From Saprolegnia diclina VS20 (Eukaryota), in NCBI RefSeq assembly GCF_000281045.1, contig NW_008246082.1:542448-606447 (forward strand): a DNA stretch of 64,000 bases, in the 5' to 3' direction. Every line of letters begins with the position of its first letter. The first letter of the stretch is position 1. The position numbers were made by a program, and so were the translations under genes. Of the stretch, positions 56,418-64,000 are shown one piece after another. The notes beneath the pieces were generated by a model that worked only from the letters and a program-made list of their open reading frames with translations, ran no database searches and had not been told where the DNA came from.

Positions 56418-59400
56418 ATGAGCTCACTGGGACTCTGCATGTCGATCCCAGCAGTTGGCGAAACGCTCATGGGACACCGCGCCAAGACCGAACCCGAGTC
56501 CGAGAGCATCTTGGGGAAGCTGCAGCCCAACTCGAAGCTCGGGCTCGCGTGCTTGGCCAAGCTCAAGCCGATCTTTTCCAAGCATGCCCAGCGCGCCAAG
56601 GACGTGACGGCGCGCGCGTCGACAGTGACGACCACGGCAATCGCGACGGAGCAGAAGGCACCGACGCGCCTCCCGACGCACAACGTCAAACTGGCGACGC
56701 TCTCGACGGCCTCCAACGAATGGAGCGTCGTTGTCGATGACATTGCCAAGTTTATGGTTGGTCGACATCGAGCACCTTATAGCTGAGATCGTGCATAGTA
56801 CCCGAGCCTCAACCTCGAGGGCCACGAGACGGACGAGGCGCGGCTGCATGTCTCTCGACTGCAGTGGACGGCCAAGAAGCAGACGCAGAATACGTCCGAG
56901 GCCGACGCGGTCGCCGGGCACGTGCGCCTCACCGACGCCGAGCAGACACGCTGGGACTTTGACCGAAAGCTCCAAGTCGCCGAGTGCATGCTCCGCTCGC
57001 CCGTGCGTCGCCGCATTCCTATGACGTTTGTGGCGGTCATCGCGTATGACTAGTTGGTGACTGTCGAGCCCGATGGACCGCATGAGCCGTCACCTCTCGA
57101 GCGACGCCATGCGATCGCCCGTCGGCCCACCGCAGTCTGTCGCCGTGTCCCACACTCGCAGAGCCTCATAGTATGCTAGTACCTTGTGCAGGACCCAGAC
57201 GAATGCGAGAGCAGTGGCTCGACCACTGTACGACGAATGCCGCCTCACACGCTCGTTGCGCTCATCAAGAGGATGTAGGTGCATTATGACATTCAGCGAA
57301 CCGGCAAAACGCGACGGCAAGCAAGCGTCTTGCGTGCTTCGTCATCGAGCAGTATCGTCGTAGGAAGCTACGAGCGCTCGCGAAGCAGACCACCGAGGCC
57401 GGCAAGACCGCGCTCTACTCGGACAAGGTATGTCTGGTGTTGTCAAATGCTGCAGAGGAGGCAAGCACCGCCATTGCGTACTAGCACGTTCTCCTCTCCA
57501 AGTGGGCCAAGCTCCAAGACAGCCGAAACCACAAGGTGCCAATACTTCTGGACGGCCGCGTGGTCTTGCCCAAGCCCACGAAGAAGAAGCTCCCGCCTGG
57601 CACGTTTGTCGACAGCGTCACGCCCCGGACTCTCTTCTTTGACGAGTGCGCAAACGAGCAGATCTTACCCGAGCCGCTCCTCGCGCGCATCAGCTCGGAC
57701 CGAGCGCTCGACTTGCGCCACTTTGGGCTCGGGGACACCAAAGCCATTGCGCTCGCCAAGAGGTTGCGCTTCCATCCCCACGTTGCTGCATTTAAAATGA
57801 AGCGTAGCTTGGCCTCGCTGCCGTCGATTTACGCTCTCAACCTTGCCGACAACCGGCTCACGCAAGCCGCAGTCTCGGTCATTCTTCAGCTGCTCCACGG
57901 ACGCAAGGAGCTCCGCGAGCTCAATCTGAGCGAAAACGAGGTGCGCTTGATATATTGAAACATTGAGACTAAATGGTAGTTTCGCAGATTGGCAAGGAAG
58001 GCTGCGTGCACATGGCCGACTTTCTCTTTGCCGCGTCGAGTTTAACCGACTTGGACTTGTCTAAAACGCGTCTTTTGGACGCGATTGACGCCCTCGCCAT
58101 CGAAATCGCGATTCACCCGTCGCTGCTCGTCGTCAACCTCTCTGGCAACGAGATTGGCGAGGCCGGCGGCATTCTCCTCGGCGAAACTCTGGCTGCGACC
58201 AGTTGCACGATCCAGTATGGCTGCATGTACTAAATGGCATCTCAGATTGTGTGCAGGGATCTGGACTTGTCGTGGAACCAGATCTGCCTCGAGGGCGCGA
58301 CGCGCATCGGGCGCGCGCTCGAATCCAACACATCGATCCACAACCTCAACCTCTCGATGAACCGGTTTGGTGACCCGGGTGGCCACGCGATTGCGTCGGC
58401 GCTGCTGCACAACAAGACACTTCAAACCCTCGACCTCTCGCGCAACAACCTCACGGGGCGCGCCGCCGTGACGCTGAGCTACGCCGTGCAGCACAATACA
58501 ACGCTGACGCGCCTCGGGCTCCTCAACAACGACCTCGGCGCGACGGGCACCAAGGCGCTCTTGCACGCGGTGGCGTCGGGCATTGCGTGCGACATTGGCC
58601 TCTCGTTTCGCGACAGCAACGTACGATGACATATCACGAGTCCCTTTGGCGATGAGAACGTCGTAGGACTCGGACGTGTTTGACGCAATGTTGCCGTCGG
58701 CGCAGTCTCCGTATAGCTTGGATCTGAAGCAGTCCCCGTACCACTATGTCATTGCGTGCGAGCTTGTGACCGCGGCGGCCCGCGCCCGCTGTGAGCTCTA
58801 CGAGGCGTGGTTCTCGCCCGACGGCGGCAAAACCAAAGTGGACCTCGAGTTTGACGCGACGAAGAAGGCGCTCGTGAGCAAAGGCGGCGGCAGCGTGTTT
58901 GCGATAACGCCCAAGCAAGGCTTGCTGCACGTCGCCGCGCGCTTTGTGCCGCCGACGATCGGCGTGAGCGCGTACGTGACGACCGACGGCCTCGCCAACG
59001 TCGTCAAGGTTATCAAGGACCGCATCTCGACGCGGGAAATGTGTGCGATGCTCGAGGTACACGGCGTTGGCGCCTCCGTCGACGACACTTTGTCTAGATC
59101 GCTACGTTTGACATGTTTTTGAGCCTCACGCACGTTGAGCTCATCGTGACGCAGCTCCAGAGCGCGCTCGACGTCGTTGAGATCCTCGCGCGGTATGCCC
59201 CACGCCGTGCGCACTTTGTCTCACAGTGCGGCAGGAGCTTGCACACGGTCGTGGACGGGCGCGGCATTCTGTCTTTTCTGCTCGCGCACTTGAGCTTCCA
59301 AAACATGAACCGTCTCCTTGCATCCCATGGCGTCCTCGTGCTGCAGTTCAATCCGGACAACCCGACAGGACGCTACACGCTCGACTTGGCCAACCGCGTG

Positions 59401-60504
59401 CACCGCAAGCTCGCGCTCTGGTTCGCGATGCTCAACCGCGCCGAGGCCAGCCGCAGCATGCGCGTCTGTCCGCGCTTACGTGGCAACACGAGCCAGCGCG
59501 GCACTTTCAGCAACTTTCGCAATGAAAAGTTCAACGGCCATGCGATCGAGGTACCTTTTGGTCTACACCAACATACAAAATGACAAATTGTCTTGTAGAT
59601 TACGGACCGCTTTTACGATAAACTGCCGACAAAAGGCACGCTCGAGTTTGACTATGTCTCGACGACGCGCCCCGAAGACACGCAGGAGACCGTCGTCGTC
59701 GTCGACGAGAGCGCGGTGAACGGAATGCTCCAGCGTATACACGCCGAGCTCTCGTCCGACTATGTGCCATCGCACAAGCGCCTCGACATGAAGCGCCAAG
59801 TGCTTCTACTACAGCACGCTCTCGCCGGCACCTTTGTCAAGACGGCACACGTGCGCATGATCATGCAGTACTTTCCGCCGACCGTCGACGGCCTCCGGCT
59901 CAAGGTACATACGCCAGTGAAAGCAAGCAACTTGGAAGCAATAGTAGGTCGTCTTGGCCGCGCACCGCTACATCTTTGACATGGAGAACTTTGACGTGGT
60001 GTACGAGAAGCTCCTGCCCGCCGACCGCAAACATGTAGGCGCAGTCGATGGCGAATATGCAAAGTGACGTGCGTTTAGATGTTTACGGCTCTTGGATACC
60101 TCAACACACTCAACCCGCTCAACGTCGACATGGAGTTTGACCTGGGCATGACCGAATGGGACAATCGGGTACGTCAACAGCCATGAGAGTAGAGGGATAT
60201 ATAACTAACTGTGTTCTAGGTACTGGTGCGAACGCTCGTCGAGATGATCTCCAACGACCCACTCGACTTGATCAAGCTCGACGACGCCAGCATCAAGCTC
60301 GGGCTCAGCATCTACTCGATGTTCACGTCCTCGAGCATCCCGACGACAGGGCGCATGGGCCTCCGCTTCATCTCGCGGCCCAACAAGTCGCATGCCGAGC
60401 TCGTGGCGCTGCGGCAGTCGACGTTCCACGCGTTCCTCTTTGCGTCTCGGCTGCGCTCGGCGCACCCAAAAGTCGACGACGTAGTAGCAGCGTCGGTATT
60501 GTGA
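56418..60504 (+). CDS. RNI-like (NLRC3-type) leucine-rich repeat protein with C-terminal unknown domain (many exons)
   Basis: Repeated LNLADNRL, LNLSENE, LDLSWNQI, LNLSMNRFGDPGG, LDLSRNNL. C-terminal FNPDNPTGRYTLDL. Start could be 56418 or 56439. Confidence 0.78.
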
Positions 60505-60558
60505 ACGAAAAAAGTTACCGACGTCCACCGTCTGTCCTAAGCACGTGATCGCGTGCGT

Positions 60559-61023
60559 CTATTCTTGCTTCGCGGCCAGGTTGGCCTGGTGGATGAGGCT
60601 GCGTTCGTGCAAGACGAGCTTGATGCGCGCCATGGACTTGCGCACCTTGGACTTGCGGAACGGGTTCGGGAACGCGAGGTTGCGCGAGCTGCACTCGGCC
60701 TGCTCGGTCAAGAGCGCGTTGCGCTCCTTGAGCAAGACGTACCACAGCTTGTGCAGATCCTCCGTCGACTTGTTGCGGAGCATCCACGCCTTCCAGTCGC
60801 CGCCCACGACAGGCGCGACACGCTTCACGGGCTTGCCGTCGAGGACCGACATGGTCGGGAAGAACTGGTCGATCGTGCCGTCGAGCTTCTCGGGCATCGC
60901 GCGCTTGGCCATGTTCTGCTTGTTGGGCACGCCCTCCTGCTTGACGATGCCATAGGCGATCGGCGTCGAGGATATGCACCGGGCGGCGAAGGGCGCGGGC
61001 ACGCTAAGGACACGGCGCAGCAT
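60559..61023 (-). CDS. MRPL47: Mitochondrial ribosomal protein L47 (uL29m)
   Basis: Presequence MLRRVLS; G..W.A..LRNKSTEDLHKLWYVLLKERNALLT...KVRKSMARIKLVLHER. Confidence 0.93.
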   Translation of the reverse strand: MLRRVLSVPAPFAARCISSTPIAYGIVKQEGVPNKQNMAKRAMPEKLDGTIDQFFPTMSVLDGKPVKRVAPVVGGDWKAWMLRNKSTEDLHKLWYVLLKERNALLTEQAECSSRNLAFPNPFRKSKVRKSMARIKLVLHERSLIHQANLAAKQE

Positions 61024-61895
61024 CGTCGTCTTGACCAAACTTGGAATACGTCCTGCTGCTCGCGACCAACCACCTCGCGCTAGGCCATTGGCTAAAATCC
61101 TGCATTTTCCCACAAACGCGTATGATTGGCTCAAATAGGTGCGGTGCCAAAATGCATATTTGTCAAGTTCGGGACATGAGCGTGATGCACTTCGTCTTTT
61201 GCACCTCCAGAGCGAGTCGCTACAGCGCAAGGGGCGACCAAGACATGAGGTATCTCTTCTTCGGGGCACATTACGTGCAAGGATATCGTGACATTGTGCG
61301 ACTTGTGCGGTCTTGAGGAAGGCAAGGGGACCAAAAGTCGATCTTGGTCGCGCCGGTGGTCTTCCCTTGGTTGCGGCGTGTTCAACAGGCATCAAATCAA
61401 AGGGTTGAAAGCGACTTTTGCTCAGCTCTCGCGTACTAGCACTCCACGCTGTATGAGGCGTAAACACACATAATGTACACTCCAACCGGTATCAACACGC
61501 GCTTGACTGCGTGACGAGCCTACGTGACTTTGAGCGACCGAACGGGCCAAGCGGGTGGAAAGCCTTGCCGTTTATCGCTTGTTGCACCTTGTGCTCAGCA
61601 CCTAAAAACGATTTCAGGTGAATTGCCACTGCTCGTTGTCCGGCCTGTGGTAAGACTGACGAGCGGACCACCGCATCATCAGGAGCGAATGCCAAGTTCA
61701 GAATCTACACACGTTCCTTGCTTGTATGTCCATCGCAGACGGAACTTGAACACCAAGTTCGCGATCTTTGGCGCAACCGCTGCCACGTGCTACGGAAAAG
61801 CGTGTCAGTCCGACAACAAGTGCATTCACCCGGCGCGTTCCTTTTCGCGTGCTCATTCTGATATTCGACACCACCGACAGCAGTCATCCACCGCA

Positions 61896-62228
61896 ATGGC
61901 TCTTTGGCTACACCACAACCACCACCATCAGCACCACCACCACCATCAGCATCACCACCACCATCAGCATCCGCCGAACGGGTCGGTGCCCTCGCGCGCT
62001 CATGGTGGCTGGAACCACTCGCAGATCCTCACAGAAACCTTTGCGGCCAACGAAGACATTCCGTTCCACGACCAGCACAAGCACCACCACCGGTTCGCGC
62101 ACCATGTCATGTGGTCTGCTAGCCTCTTGGCGCTGGCTGCGCTCGTGAGCTTTGTAGTGCTGCGCATTTTGCGTCGATCCAAGCGCCAGCACGCGTACGA
62201 GCCCATCCCAAGCCCGACGCATGTGTGA
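61896..62228 (+). CDS. Histidine-rich single-pass membrane microprotein (110 aa)
   Basis: ATG at 61896 downstream of an Inr-like GCTCATTCT near 61851. Poly-His N-terminus, TM helix VMWSASLLALAALVSFVVL, basic stop-transfer RILRRSKR and a YEPI tail. Confidence 0.65.
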   Translation: MALWLHHNHHHQHHHHHQHHHHHQHPPNGSVPSRAHGGWNHSQILTETFAANEDIPFHDQHKHHHRFAHHVMWSASLLALAALVSFVVLRILRRSKRQHAYEPIPSPTHV

Positions 62229-62744
62229 ACAGCAAATACATACAAAGGCACTTGATGTTCCCGTTGATTTGCCTCGTGGAAAGAGGCTCTAGCACAGAAC
62301 GGCCGTAGTAAGAGGGGCTAATTCCGGGCGATTGCTACAGTTGTAGTCGAGCCCATGGACTGGTACTCCAGCGCGCTTGTTGGCGCCAAGGCGACTCGAG
62401 CATTACCAACGCTCGACGCTACAGTTCGTATATAGTGTAATAACACGATTTGAGGTTTGCCATCGGACCAACGTTGATCGACTTGGAGGGAGTTGTGCTG
62501 CTGACCGAGGGCGATGTGCCACAGAATTGTAAAAGTGTAGTGCAGGTCGTTTGGAGCGCCACGCGTCGCTGCCATGTGATGTGTCGGATGCTGGCCGCAG
62601 ACGTATAGCTACTCTCACACTATTTACTCCGTTAGATCGTTCCCAGAATGCATCCGGATAATGTAGCTTGTATCCGTACCGTGATAAGTCAGCGGCCGGA
62701 GGGAACAACTCAAGGCTCTGCGAGGAAGATCGAAGCACGACTGC

Positions 62745-64000
62745 ATGCTTGGTCGACTCTTTACCGGTACCAAGAAGGACGAGGCCGCCAAGTCCACGCG
62801 CCCTCCCAATGCCACTGGCGGGGGCCGCTCGGCGGCTGGCGACGCAGCACCCGGTGGCGGTGGCGGCTTCTTCAACCTGCCCCCGACCGCGGCCAAAGCC
62901 GCTGGCTTTTCGAACCCAAACAACCCTGCCTCGTACAGCACGTCGCCGTCAACGGGGCAGTCGAAGCCATCTTACGGCGTCACGCCGCCGCCGGCGCAGC
63001 AGCCGCAGCAAGGGTACGCCCCGTCGCTCTTGTCGTACCAGCGCAATCCATCAGCCACGTCACCATCGCCCGCACCGCCATCGCTCTTTGGCGGCATGCA
63101 CATGAAGCAACCCGACGCAGCAGCTGCACCTGTCGACGCACCAAAGCCCACAAGCCTGTTCAACGGCCTCGACTTGGGCGGCTCGGCGGCCCCAGCACAA
63201 GCGCCGTTGAGCCTCAACCTATCCTCTGGGCCATCGCCCACGCCAGCCGCAGTCGAGCCGCCTGTTCAGAAGCAGCGCGCGCCGCGCCCAGGAACCTTCA
63301 ACTACCTCAACGTCGCCCCGACCGACGTCTCGTCGACACCCGCGGCGTCCATGCCGATTCCCGCGCCGGCCCCGATCAAGAAGAAGAAGAAGCCATCGTT
63401 CCGTCCTGGCTTTGACCGGCAGAGCTCCGAAGACACGGGCTCGCAGCGCGGAGACGATGACGACGATGGACGGTCGCGTGGCTCGGTGCTGAGCGGCCTC
63501 ACCGTGAACCCCGTCATGCCCGAGGTCCCCGGCCGACTCCACCGTGCATCTACCGGCCGCACTGGCACGACACCAACGCGAACAACCGCGCGTTCGTCGA
63601 GGTAACTTGTTTTCGCTTATGACATGCTGACAGTTGCTGTGTACAGCTCGGCCAACGACAGCCTCAGCGGCCTCTTGGACCAACTCACGATCGTCAACGT
63701 CGGGCCCGGCGCAGCAGGATACGCGATGCCGCCGCCCGTCCAAACGTCCATGCCGACGACGACACCGACGACAGTAGCACCCACAACAACAGCGGCGGCG
63801 ACGCCCGTGCACCGGAAGAGCACGCCGAGTCCGCGCCCGAGCCTCGTCGTATCGCCGGCGGCGCCACGGCCGTCGTCGCGCCAGCCACCGGTGGTTGCGC
63901 CCGTGACCCCCGAAGGTCGCCTTGTGCAGCTCATCCGCGACTACGACGCGACGTCCAAGAGCTTTCGCGACGCGATCGTGCAACTCTCTCAAGAAGACGC
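62745..64000 (+). CDS. Hypothetical Pro/Ser-rich protein, truncated by the window end
   Basis: MLGRLFTGTKKDE start, codon-biased low-complexity exon, intron near 63602-63646, then continuation into a helical region at the window edge. Confidence 0.6.

Noticed and set aside
61024..61895. N-terminal extensions of MRPL47 (to 61485) and of the His-rich ORF (from 61524)
   Set aside because: They run through AT-richer promoter sequence with CCAAT boxes and begin at non-ATG codons. The internal ATGs give better starts.

Overview
Gene-dense, GC-rich eukaryotic DNA. Many very short GT-AG introns (about 41-57 bp), strong C/G third-position bias, oomycete-type core promoter elements and the gene content (START-FYVE-GAF protein, secreted PAN/Apple protein) point to an oomycete, probably Saprolegniales. 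This is inferred, not verified. I support about 23 protein-coding genes, one probable pseudogene, a few tandem repeats and one assembly gap. I saw no rRNA, tRNA, CRISPR array or intact mobile element. Recognisable genes: CocE/NonD-type hydrolase, two tandem M17 aminopeptidases, SUN/GH132-like protein, UFD2-type U-box ligase, CNOT10, G3BP, Sec20, calcineurin-B-like sensor, PX-PH phospholipase D, NAD-glutamate dehydrogenase and MRPL47. The main finding is at 29018-32878 (minus strand). Six short introns join what the ORF track shows as separate ORFs into one 1198-aa reading frame: AWS-SET-postSET (Set2/ASH1-like), a Tudor-like segment, an RRM, a cyclin T/K-like box and a CDK9/12-like pseudokinase. 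Other unusual architectures: a 2H-phosphoesterase-like domain fused to a Mia40-like CxxC/twin-CX9C domain, a YkgJ Cys-cluster domain fused to a METTL13-like methyltransferase, UFD2 with three ZZ-like fingers, a CocE homologue lacking its catalytic serine, and a His-rich single-pass microprotein. All domain calls come from motif recognition by eye; no database search was run.
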